From positions 1-26,999 of IMG/VR virus record IMGVR_UViG_3300022201_000003: a DNA stretch of 26,999 bases; one strand, given 5' to 3'. A model generated the notes under the pieces. That model saw only the letters and a list, made by a program, of their open reading frames with translations. It was not told the origin of the DNA and did no database searches. Positions 1 to 7,718 of the stretch are shown piece by piece (position 1 is the stretch's first letter; every line of letters begins with the position of its first letter). The DNA is from a virus (Duplodnaviria; Caudoviricetes). A program made the position numbers and the translations under genes.

Positions 1-582
1 TACATCTGCTGGCCCACCAACGAGGACGCCCGCGGGGGCGGCCCGCTCGACGAAGTCATGTACGACGCCGGCGCCGAGATCCCGCTCAAAGGCGAGTTGC
101 CTCATCGCGAAGGCGGGAGCTGGGGCGATCAGCTCAGCATCGGCATGAAGTGCATGTCTGGCGAGGATGAAGGCCTCGAGGTGGTCTACAAGGTCAACTC
201 GAAGTCGGGCGTCCGCGAGCTGAACTCGCTGATCGACGAGATCCTCGCCCAGATCGAAGCAGGCGCGGCGCCGATCCCGGTGTTCCACCTGCGCAACGAC
301 CATTACAAGCACAAGAAGTACGGCAAGATCTACACGCCTGTGTTCAAGATTGTCGATTGGCTTGATGCGGGCGGCAACAGCGCTGGCGTTGAAGATCTCG
401 AAGACGAAGAGGTCGAAGTGATCGAGGACGGCGACGTTGGTGACGTCGTCGAAGCTGAGGTCGTGGAAGTCGAGCCGGAAGAGAAGCCCAAGCGCACGCG
501 GCGCAAGGCTGATCCGGTTGAGAAAGCTGCCGAGGCCCCGGCTGAGGACGCTCCGAAGCGTCGGCGTCGCCGCACCGGCTAA
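1..582 (+). CDS. Putative phage single-stranded DNA-binding/replication accessory protein (5'-partial)
   Basis: Frame 1 is open from base 1 (YICWPTNEDARGGGPLDEVMY...). It has the HYKHKKYGKIYTPVFKIVDW motif typical of proteins encoded just upstream of phage PolA, then a very acidic tail and a basic end (PKRRRRRTG). Confidence 0.6.
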   Translation, partial: YICWPTNEDARGGGPLDEVMYDAGAEIPLKGELPHREGGSWGDQLSIGMKCMSGEDEGLEVVYKVNSKSGVRELNSLIDEILAQIEAGAAPIPVFHLRNDHYKHKKYGKIYTPVFKIVDWLDAGGNSAGVEDLEDEEVEVIEDGDVGDVVEAEVVEVEPEEKPKRTRRKADPVEKAAEAPAEDAPKRRRRRTG

Positions 583-623
583 CCAACACAGGGGCGTGTA
601 AGAACACCGCGCCTCACTCCCCG

Positions 624-663
624 CCGGGCGGCTGTTGAGTGCCCCTCACCTGCAGCCGCCCGG
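624..663 (+). other. GC-rich stem-loop between the SSB-like gene and polA
   Basis: Perfect 11-bp inverted repeat CCGGGCGGCTG (624-634) / CAGCCGCCCGG (653-663). No U-tract follows. Confidence 0.6.
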
Positions 664-686
664 TCTTCCGCCCACCGGAGAGCACC

Positions 687-2696
687 ATGATAGACGTCCT
701 TCACCTTGATTACGAGACCCTCGGCCGTGTCGACCTGATCCTGCACGGCGCCTACAATTACGCTACCAGCCTGTCGACGGGCATCCACTGTGCCGGCTGG
801 GCCATCAACAACAACCCTGTGCAGCTCTGGGTCCCTGGCCAGCCGGTCCCCGAACCCATTATCGAGATCTTTGAACGCGGCGCGCCGCGCAGCATCCATG
901 CGCACAACGCCCAGTTCGAACGCTTGATCACGTGGTACGTGCTGTGCCCTGAGTTCGACGTGCCTGAACCTCCGCTCGAGGCCTTCTATTGCACCGCCGC
1001 CCAAGCGCGCCGCCGGGCGCTGCCGGGCGCGCTTGAGAATTTGGGCAAGGCGCTCAAGCTGGGCACTCAGAAGTCACTCGCCGGCAAGCAGCTGATCCGC
1101 AAGCTCTGCATCCCCTGGAAGAATGGCAAGATCAACTTCGAGGAGGGCGAGTTCAACCGCGACCCCGTCCTGCTGCAGGAGCTGTACGACTACTGCGAGA
1201 TCGACGTTGAGGTCGAGCGCGCGGCTGCGGAGATGTCGCCGCCACTGACTGATGAAGAGTTCGCTGACTACGTGATCTCCGAAAAGATCAACGATCGGGG
1301 GCTGCTGATCGACTTCGACCTGGCCGCCGCGGCCGCCCAGTATGCCGAGGAAGAGACCGCCGCCATCGGCGAAGAGCTAGCCGAGTTGACCGGCGGTATC
1401 ATCACCCGACCGCGCCAGTTCCAGCGGCTAAAGGATTATCTCGAACCCTATGCCGCGGAAGATGACGTGCTCCGCAAGATGCTCACCCGCTACAAGACCG
1501 ACCGCAAAACGAAGGAGACCACGAAGAAGCAGTCGCTCGACAAGACGGCGCGCTCCAACATCTTGTTGTCGGACCACGAGTTCGATCCCGCCGTCATTTC
1601 TCTGGTCGAGCTGATCGACGAGGCTGGGCGGTCATCGACATCGAAATTCACTGCCATGTGCATGCGCGCGGACGAGGAGGACGACCGAGTCCGCGGCGCC
1701 TATATGAAAGACGGCGCTGTCCAAACCGGACGGTTCTCATCCCTCGGGTTACAGGTCCATAATTTTACGCGCGACTGCGCTGAAGACCCCGAGGCCGTAC
1801 GTGAGAATATCATCAAGGGCGAGGCATTCCACAACGTGATGGACACACTGGCCAGCATGCTGCGCCCGGCGATTATGGCCGCGCCTGATCACGAGTTCGT
1901 GTGCGGCGACTGGTCCTCGATAGAGGCGCGCGTTCTGCCGTGGCTGGCCAAGGCTGACCATATCCTCGACGAGTACCGCGAAATTGACGCCAACCCTGAT
2001 CTGCCTGACATGTATGAACGCGAAGCCGCGCGCATGAGCATGGACGACCGCCAGATCGGCAAGGTCGCCATACTCAGTCTCGGTTTCCAAGGCGCACTGA
2101 GAGCGCTTCAGGCGATGGCACGCAATTACGGCATCCACATCGAAGACGAATTTGGCGACAAGGTAGTAAAACGCTGGCGTGGCGCCAACAAGTGGGCCCC
2201 GAATTTCTGGTACGCCTGCATAGGCGCGGCCAAAAAGGCGATGAAGCATCCGGGCTATGCTTACGATGCCAAACGCCTGTTCTACGTCTACGACGAAGAC
2301 TGGGATACCCTGTGGTGCATTCTTCCCTCCGGCAAAGCTCTTGCATATCCGCAACCACGGTTGCAAGGTGGCGACTTGACTTGCATCAAAGCGAACTGGA
2401 AGCCGGCGGCCGGCGAGACCGAGTGGCCCCGTGTCGATCTCTACGGTGGTCTGCTGGCTGAGAACGCCACCCAAGCCGTGTCCGCCGAGATCCTCCAGGG
2501 CGGTCTGCGCTTGATGGAGGAGTATGATTGGCCAGTAGTTGGCCACACCCACGACGAGATCCTCTGTGAAGTGCTCGATGACGAGGTCGATGAATGCGAG
2601 CAGACATTGCGCTGGGTCATGTTGACAAACCCCGAATGGTCCGAAGGGCTGCCGCTCAATTGCAGCCTCTGGGCCGGCAAGAGGTATCGCAAATGA
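687..2696 (+). CDS. polA: Phage family A DNA polymerase with 3'-5' exonuclease domain
   Basis: ExoI LDYET, ExoII HNAQFER, ExoIII YCEIDV, TGRFSS, motif A DWSSIEAR, motif B RQIGKVAILSLGFQG and motif C HTHDE. Start placed at ATG 687 behind GGAG (677-680) rather than GTG 639. Confidence 0.95.
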   Translation: MIDVLHLDYETLGRVDLILHGAYNYATSLSTGIHCAGWAINNNPVQLWVPGQPVPEPIIEIFERGAPRSIHAHNAQFERLITWYVLCPEFDVPEPPLEAFYCTAAQARRRALPGALENLGKALKLGTQKSLAGKQLIRKLCIPWKNGKINFEEGEFNRDPVLLQELYDYCEIDVEVERAAAEMSPPLTDEEFADYVISEKINDRGLLIDFDLAAAAAQYAEEETAAIGEELAELTGGIITRPRQFQRLKDYLEPYAAEDDVLRKMLTRYKTDRKTKETTKKQSLDKTARSNILLSDHEFDPAVISLVELIDEAGRSSTSKFTAMCMRADEEDDRVRGAYMKDGAVQTGRFSSLGLQVHNFTRDCAEDPEAVRENIIKGEAFHNVMDTLASMLRPAIMAAPDHEFVCGDWSSIEARVLPWLAKADHILDEYREIDANPDLPDMYEREAARMSMDDRQIGKVAILSLGFQGALRALQAMARNYGIHIEDEFGDKVVKRWRGANKWAPNFWYACIGAAKKAMKHPGYAYDAKRLFYVYDEDWDTLWCILPSGKALAYPQPRLQGGDLTCIKANWKPAAGETEWPRVDLYGGLLAENATQAVSAEILQGGLRLMEEYDWPVVGHTHDEILCEVLDDEVDECEQTLRWVMLTNPEWSEGLPLNCSLWAGKRYRK

Positions 2697-2923
2697 CAAT
2701 CACTCAAGATGAGATCGACGAGCTCTACATTGACGATCCGTGTCCGTCCTGTAACGGCCCGCTATCGAGCGACCAACTTGAATGCGTCTGCCACATATCG
2801 CCTCCGTGCCGGTATTGTGGACAAATGAAAATGCAATGCAATACATGCGGCTGGCACTACGATAACGGCGTGCCGACCGACTACAGCCATGAGGTTCTCG
2901 GTAACGCATTGGGTGCCGTATGA
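2693..2923 (+). CDS. Small Cys-rich (probable Zn-binding) phage protein, 76 aa
   Basis: MTITQDE...CPSC...CVCHISPPCRYC...CNTC. ATGA overlaps join it to both the polA stop and the primase start, implying translational coupling. Confidence 0.75.
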   Translation: MTITQDEIDELYIDDPCPSCNGPLSSDQLECVCHISPPCRYCGQMKMQCNTCGWHYDNGVPTDYSHEVLGNALGAV

Positions 2924-5205
2924 CTGTGTCCACCGAGGAGTTCATAGCCGCCGTCTTCGATGGCGTCCCTGAGGGCGAGACCGCGCTCATTGCGAAGCAG
3001 GCAAAGCGTGGCTTCATAAATATGCCGGCCGACAACCCCCGGCTCCAACGCATGCTGGAGCGGGAGAAGTCCGCGCTCTACTTCAATATCTCCACGGTGG
3101 TGGAGCAGGACCCCTTGCGCCGGCGTTCGGAGGACTGCCGTGCGGTTCACTGCATGGTGTTGGACGACATCGGATCCAAGGTCGAGGACCCACCGGTGGA
3201 GCCCTCGTGGATCCTCGAGACGTCGCCAGGTTCGTACCAGTGGGGCTACCTGATCCAGCCGACCGAGGAGCTGGACAAGTTCGCCGCGCTTATGGACGCC
3301 ATCGCTGACGCGGGATATACCGATGCTGGCGCCAAAGGTTTCAACCGCCTGATGCGTATCCCCGGCTCAGTCAACCTCAAGCCCGGGCGCGACAACTTCA
3401 AAGCTGAGCTGGTCGCGTGGTCGCCTGAGATCGTCTTCGAGACGTTGGAGGAGATCGCCGAGGCCTTCAATGTGCAGATTGGCGTGGTCCAGCCGCGCGA
3501 TCGCACGAAGACGACGTCCGACTTGGTGGCGCTTGAGCTCAACGTCGAGGACCCGGTCGCCGAGTGGCTGTTCGACAACGGCACCGTTGTTGAGGACGAA
3601 GACGAATGGCTGATCATAGAATGTCCGAACTGCGACGAGCACACCACCGGCGACGACACGGCGCGCTACAGTCCGCTAGGCCGTGGCGAAGGCGATTGGA
3701 AGTACACCCGCGGGTTCAAATGTTTCCATGAACATTGCAAGGACTTCGACCTATTGGACTGGGTCAGCGGTCAGGGCGGCCCGACAGCCCGCCGGTACGA
3801 TCCGCTGCCATTCATCCAGCAGCGCTACGTCTACGTCCGTGATGGCCGGAGGGTGTGCGACCTACACGCCCTGGCCGCCGGCAGCAAGTACTACGACATG
3901 GCGCTTGAAGAATTCGGCGACATGTTCGCCAGCGTTCGCATCCACATGCCTACGACAGACAACCCTAAGCGCACACTGGCGGGCAAGTCGGCATTCGTTG
4001 CGGACGAGGACACCACCAAGTGCGCTTCCTACGAGACGGTGCCGTACGCCCCCGGTGAGAGCGGGCGGGGCGGTGTCGAGCCAGTCGGCAATGACCAGTT
4101 GATAGTGAATACTTACCAGCCGCCAGCGCATACGGCTGAGCCCGCGGGGCTCGACGTGTTCCTTGAGCATATGAAATTTTTGTTACCAGACGGGGAAGAC
4201 TGCATGACATTCCTCGACTGGCTGGCTTACAAGCTTCAGAACCCCCGGGCGCGGTCCTATGGCGTTGTCATGGTCGCCGACGACTCGTTCGGGATCGGGC
4301 GGTCGTGGCTCGGTGATGTTCTCCGTATCGTGTGGGGTAACTCCAACGTGGAGTTCGTCGATATCGGGGAGCTCACCGGCCACGGCCAGTCTGCTGGCTT
4401 CAACGAGTGGGCTTCGGGCAGGCAGATGGTGGTGATTGAGGAGGCGCATGACGGCTCCGATATGACGCACTATAAGGCGTACGAGCGAATCAAAACGTTC
4501 ATTGATCCGCGCACCACCCACATGCAAGTCAATCGCAAGTTCGGCCGGAAGGGTATGGAGCAGATCTGGTTCAACCTGTTAGTCTTCTCCAATCACGTCG
4601 ACGCGTTCAACATACCTAAGGGTGAAAGGCGCTTGGCCGTGTTTGCTAATCCTCAGGAAAAGCAGAGCGAGAGCTACTACAACCGCCTGTGGAACGTCTA
4701 CAACAAGCAGGGCGCCGGGCTCGCGGCCGCGATCCACCAGTTCCTGATGGAGCGCGACGTCAGCAAGTTCAACCCTGCCGTCCCGCCTGTGACCGAGTCC
4801 AAGGACGCTATGATCGAAAGTTCGGTGGCGCCTGGCACCATCATTACAGATGCCATGGTTGCACGTGCGCAGGGGGAATTGGTCACCAAACACATGCTGT
4901 CCGATCTGTTCGAGAGCGCCGAGCGTGCTGAGCGCCTGGAGAACACGGTCACCAACAACGCTCGCCGCAGGCTGATCGACAAGCTGTGGCGCACGCTGCC
5001 GAAGCTGAAGGACGCGAAGGACGGGTTCCGTAGCCGGGCGGCGGGCGGCAACCCCGAAGAGATCCGGGCATTCCGGCGCGCGTATCACTGGAAAGAAGAG
5101 ATCGTTTCAGGCGTCGACCCCGAGGTCCTGAAGGGCGAGCTTGCCCGAACGGCCCGCGGTGTCGGCTCCAAGAGCTACACCACTGATGGCATTGAGCAAC
5201 TGTAG
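2920..5205 (+). CDS. Primase-helicase fusion (RepB-like/AEP primase, Zn module, DUF5906-like P-loop NTPase)
   Basis: N-terminal VLDDIG...PSWILETSPGSYQWGY...RIPGSVN, then CPNCDEHT...FKCFHEHC. C-terminal Walker A-like GIGRS, Walker B VVIEE, FSNH and ERR. Confidence 0.88.
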   Translation: MTVSTEEFIAAVFDGVPEGETALIAKQAKRGFINMPADNPRLQRMLEREKSALYFNISTVVEQDPLRRRSEDCRAVHCMVLDDIGSKVEDPPVEPSWILETSPGSYQWGYLIQPTEELDKFAALMDAIADAGYTDAGAKGFNRLMRIPGSVNLKPGRDNFKAELVAWSPEIVFETLEEIAEAFNVQIGVVQPRDRTKTTSDLVALELNVEDPVAEWLFDNGTVVEDEDEWLIIECPNCDEHTTGDDTARYSPLGRGEGDWKYTRGFKCFHEHCKDFDLLDWVSGQGGPTARRYDPLPFIQQRYVYVRDGRRVCDLHALAAGSKYYDMALEEFGDMFASVRIHMPTTDNPKRTLAGKSAFVADEDTTKCASYETVPYAPGESGRGGVEPVGNDQLIVNTYQPPAHTAEPAGLDVFLEHMKFLLPDGEDCMTFLDWLAYKLQNPRARSYGVVMVADDSFGIGRSWLGDVLRIVWGNSNVEFVDIGELTGHGQSAGFNEWASGRQMVVIEEAHDGSDMTHYKAYERIKTFIDPRTTHMQVNRKFGRKGMEQIWFNLLVFSNHVDAFNIPKGERRLAVFANPQEKQSESYYNRLWNVYNKQGAGLAAAIHQFLMERDVSKFNPAVPPVTESKDAMIESSVAPGTIITDAMVARAQGELVTKHMLSDLFESAERAERLENTVTNNARRRLIDKLWRTLPKLKDAKDGFRSRAAGGNPEEIRAFRRAYHWKEEIVSGVDPEVLKGELARTARGVGSKSYTTDGIEQL

Positions 5206-5217
5206 GAGAAAAGCACG

Positions 5218-5721
5218 ATGGAAACACAGAGCGACGCGCTGATTGCAGAGCGCCACACCACGCACGGCGACTTCCACGACAATGCAGAGTTCTCGCAGCA
5301 CATGAAGCGCGTGGCGCGCGCATTGATGGCGGGGTCGAGTTGGAACGACGAGATGCGCGAGGCGGTTGATATGATCTGCCTCAAGATTAGTCGCGTTGTG
5401 ACCGGTCAGGCGCTGGAGCTCGACCACTGGCGGGACGTCGCGGGCTATGCGGCGCTGGCACTGAAGTCGATCCGTAAGCCGGGGTCGTCTACGGCGCTGC
5501 CCAATCTTGCTAAAAAGCTGGAGTTGCGTCTTAAGGGGCCGGATTATGCGATACGTACACGGCATTTGCCGGGAAAGTGCCTAATCGCCTTGGATGCCAT
5601 CTTCACCGCGCTCTCGCTCCTCCTTGATGGCGGTCCTCAATACGAAGATCATTGGGGCTGGATTGTCGACGCCGCAAACGAGGTTGCGGATAATTACTGG
5701 GGCGAATCCAACAGCGCATAA
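5218..5721 (+). CDS. DUF6378-like phage protein with a degenerate internal repeat
   Basis: ERHTTHGDF...DMICLKISRVVTG...DHWRDVAGYAAL motif, with AGGAG ribosome-binding site upstream. Confidence 0.7.
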   Translation: METQSDALIAERHTTHGDFHDNAEFSQHMKRVARALMAGSSWNDEMREAVDMICLKISRVVTGQALELDHWRDVAGYAALALKSIRKPGSSTALPNLAKKLELRLKGPDYAIRTRHLPGKCLIALDAIFTALSLLLDGGPQYEDHWGWIVDAANEVADNYWGESNSA

Positions 5722-5753
5722 AAAAGAGCGGGCCCGTCGTGTCAGGGCCCGCT
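5720..5753 (-). terminator. Rho-independent terminator ending the - strand late transcript
   Basis: 9-bp stem AGCGGGCCC / GGGCCCGCT followed on the - strand by CTTTTTT. It sits where the two genome arms converge. Confidence 0.85.
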
Positions 5754-5945
5754 AAGTCTGTCGAGACGGGGAGGGGTGTCTCTTGATCGGTGTGCCGGAC
5801 GTGGTGGACGTCGGCGAGAGGATCTTACGAGAATGCAAGGGGGTTGTCTACGCCTAATTCGCTAGATCAGGCGCCGCCGGACCAGGCGCTGCTTTGGGGC
5901 GTGAAGCCCAGCCCGGCGGTGCAGTGGTTTCCGGAGAGAAAACAC
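5720..5945 (-). ncRNA. Candidate structured small RNA (~225 nt)
   Basis: Lies between a promoter-like motif (5951-5982) and a terminator. It consists of consecutive hairpins at 5924-5945, 5871-5922, 5851-5873, 5794-5815 and 5763-5782, and has no convincing ORF. Confidence 0.45.
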
Positions 5946-5950
5946 GCTAC

Positions 5951-5982
5951 ATACATTGCTGTCTTAACGTGAAATGTCAAGC
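5951..5982 (-). promoter_or_regulatory. Promoter-like repeat copy A (GCTTGAC-N19-ATGTAT)
   Basis: Perfect TTGACA and 23/32 identity with copy B at 6335-6366 at identical spacing. The -10 element is non-canonical. Confidence 0.5.
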
Positions 5983-5984
5983 CC

Positions 5985-6284
5985 TTAAGCCGTAACCAGC
6001 GAGATCTCTTCGCCGGGGTTCACGCGACGCACGTACTCGGTTTCGGCTGCGATCTTCTGCATTGCGATCGTCGCCGTCGCGGTGCCGGCAGGCCCGATTT
6101 GGATATGCGCCGCGGCGTCCGCGTATATGCGGATGTAGTGGGTATTCACGCTGAAAGCGGCGCTCTCAACCGCCGTGGTGAAAGTGATTTCCTGATCAGC
6201 GATAGCCGGCTCGGCCAGGACTTCGACGACCTTGCCGTTGTCAATCTGGAAGCTGTCGTATTCAGTGATCCATGCGGTAGCCAT
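5985..6284 (-). CDS. Small beta-rich phage protein, paralogue 2 (possible virion decoration protein)
   Basis: 99 aa with strong RBS AAGGAGG. About 47% identical by hand alignment to 6369-6668. Confidence 0.8.
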   Translation of the reverse strand: MATAWITEYDSFQIDNGKVVEVLAEPAIADQEITFTTAVESAAFSVNTHYIRIYADAAAHIQIGPAGTATATIAMQKIAAETEYVRRVNPGEEISLVTA

Positions 6285-6334
6285 ACCTGGCCCTCCTTAG
6301 GCGACGAAGGCTCCTGGAGAGGATAAACCTGCCT

Positions 6335-6366
6335 ATACATCACCGTTTCAGCGAAAAAAGTCAAGC
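6335..6366 (-). promoter_or_regulatory. Promoter-like repeat copy B (GCTTGAC-N19-ATGTAT)
   Basis: TTGACT with the same layout as copy A, followed by a CTCC-loop hairpin at 6309-6329. Confidence 0.5.
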
Positions 6367-6368
6367 TT

Positions 6369-6668
6369 CTAGGTGGCGCCGTCGTAGAATGATATCTTGT
6401 GCCCGCCCTCAGTTCTCCGCCAATATTCGACACCGGGTTCGAGTGGTTGCATATCTGCAGTCGCTGTTGGGCTTACCCCAAATTGTACGTGTGCGGCTGC
6501 GCTTACCACTATACGGACATATCTGGTGCTGACGTCGAATGCAGCGCATTGCGTCGCAGTGGTGAAAGAGATTTTCTGGTCGACAAGCGCAGGCTCAGGA
6601 GGGACTTCCGCCGTCTCCCCGCCGTCGAACTCTAATTGCGAATACTCAGTTATCCACGCATCAACCAT
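6369..6668 (-). CDS. Small beta-rich phage protein, paralogue 1 (possible virion decoration protein)
   Basis: 99 aa with RBS GAGGG. Shares AWITEY, EPA, FTTA, AAF, RI, AAAH, TAT and EY.RR with 5985-6284. Confidence 0.8.
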   Translation of the reverse strand: MVDAWITEYSQLEFDGGETAEVPPEPALVDQKISFTTATQCAAFDVSTRYVRIVVSAAAHVQFGVSPTATADMQPLEPGVEYWRRTEGGHKISFYDGAT

Positions 6669-6711
6669 GTCGAACCCTCAATAGTTAAACGCCAAGCTTG
6701 CGCCGCCCTTC

Positions 6712-6879
6712 TTAGAACCCGATATGCAGCCTTCCAATGCGAAAGTGAGTTCTGTGACCCGAGCTAGGTGCGACCCCGGCGAGGGTTCTCAGGAGGCCCA
6801 CAGCGGCTATCGTCAGCGTGTTAAGGCCCCCGGCACGCAACAAGCCATTCGAGGCCATCTCTAAGCTGTTCAAAGCCAT
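6712..6879 (-). CDS. Small protein below the ORF-track cutoff, 55 aa
   Basis: MALNSLEMASNGLLRAGGLNTLTIAAVGLLRTLAGVAPSSGHRTHFRIGRLHIGF*. The ATG lies 1 nt after the upstream stop and the ORF fills most of the gap. Confidence 0.7.
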   Translation of the reverse strand: MALNSLEMASNGLLRAGGLNTLTIAAVGLLRTLAGVAPSSGHRTHFRIGRLHIGF

Positions 6880-6880
6880 C

Positions 6881-7396
6881 TTAAGTCGTCCGGGTCACTG
6901 TTGTATTCGTAGAACCATTGCCCGTGATATCCTGGTGCAACGCTGTTCCAGCATCCCGTGTTGTCGGCGTAACTGTCATTGGGTTATTAGCATCTAGTCC
7001 TTGCAGTTGCCATAGTTCTGTAAGTTCAGCCGGACTAGCAAGCCCGGCCGAATTCGAAGACCGAATGGATACTGAGTTGAGGTTTGTCACGTCAGAGATA
7101 TTGTTGTTCGAGCCAGGCAAATTGACCGCATATGCGCCAGCTTCAAACGTCACGGTATAGCCATTGACAATCTCAATTTGACGGGCAAAATCAACGCCGC
7201 CTAGCGTTACCGGCGCCGTGTGTACATGAGTCGTATCAAACGGCATGCCGACCTCGCTCGCCTGAAGTGCATTCAGATCCTTGCGAAACTGATTCGTGTC
7301 CAGGCTGCGAATCTCAGGCGGCCCCGCGCTCACCAGCGTCGTGTCCGCCTTCGGCACCGTTATAACCTTGGTTGCCCAATCAATGCTTATGGCCAT
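6881..7396 (-). CDS. Putative virion structural protein, 171 aa
   Basis: MAISIDWATKVITVP..., Thr/Asn-rich with beta-strand composition, and overlaps the upstream gene. Confidence 0.65.
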   Translation of the reverse strand: MAISIDWATKVITVPKADTTLVSAGPPEIRSLDTNQFRKDLNALQASEVGMPFDTTHVHTAPVTLGGVDFARQIEIVNGYTVTFEAGAYAVNLPGSNNNISDVTNLNSVSIRSSNSAGLASPAELTELWQLQGLDANNPMTVTPTTRDAGTALHQDITGNGSTNTTVTRTT

Positions 7397-7718
7397 TTAG
7401 CTTCTCGACCGTCTTGGTAAGGGCTCTGACGCGGTCCTCCAATTCGAAGATTCGCTGTCCCGATTGCTGTTCGTCCTCGTTTGACTTGTTGATCAATTCA
7501 CGCAGTATCATTTTCTGCTGTTCGAATCCCTGCTGCGCGTTCGCCAGTTGGGCTTCCATCACGGTAGCTTTGCCGCGCCAGTCGTTGCGCTCCTTCTGCA
7601 TCTGATCCAGAGCCTCGTTCTGCGAAGCGCACAGTTTCTTGAGGTAATCAATCTGCGCCTTCTCCGGACGCTTATCGAACTCTGGATCAAATATGAGGGC
7701 TCTTGTAGGCTTAGGCAT
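7380..7718 (-). CDS. Coiled-coil protein, 112 aa (possible assembly chaperone or stalk)
   Basis: Q/E/K/L-rich heptad pattern, overlapping both neighbours. Confidence 0.7.
   Translation of the reverse strand: MPKPTRALIFDPEFDKRPEKAQIDYLKKLCASQNEALDQMQKERNDWRGKATVMEAQLANAQQGFEQQKMILRELINKSNEDEQQSGQRIFELEDRVRALTKTVEKLNGHKH

Noticed and set aside
1749-2699. 316-aa antisense ORF over polA, and other long shadow ORFs such as 18162-18998, 20178-20933 and 22478-23386
   Set aside because: They lie fully antisense to well-supported genes, which is expected from high-GC codon bias, and show no motifs or RBS.
5790-5972. 60-aa + strand ORF in the convergence region
   Set aside because: GTG start, no recognisable features, and it overlaps a run of hairpins better explained as - strand RNA structure. 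It is not fully excluded.
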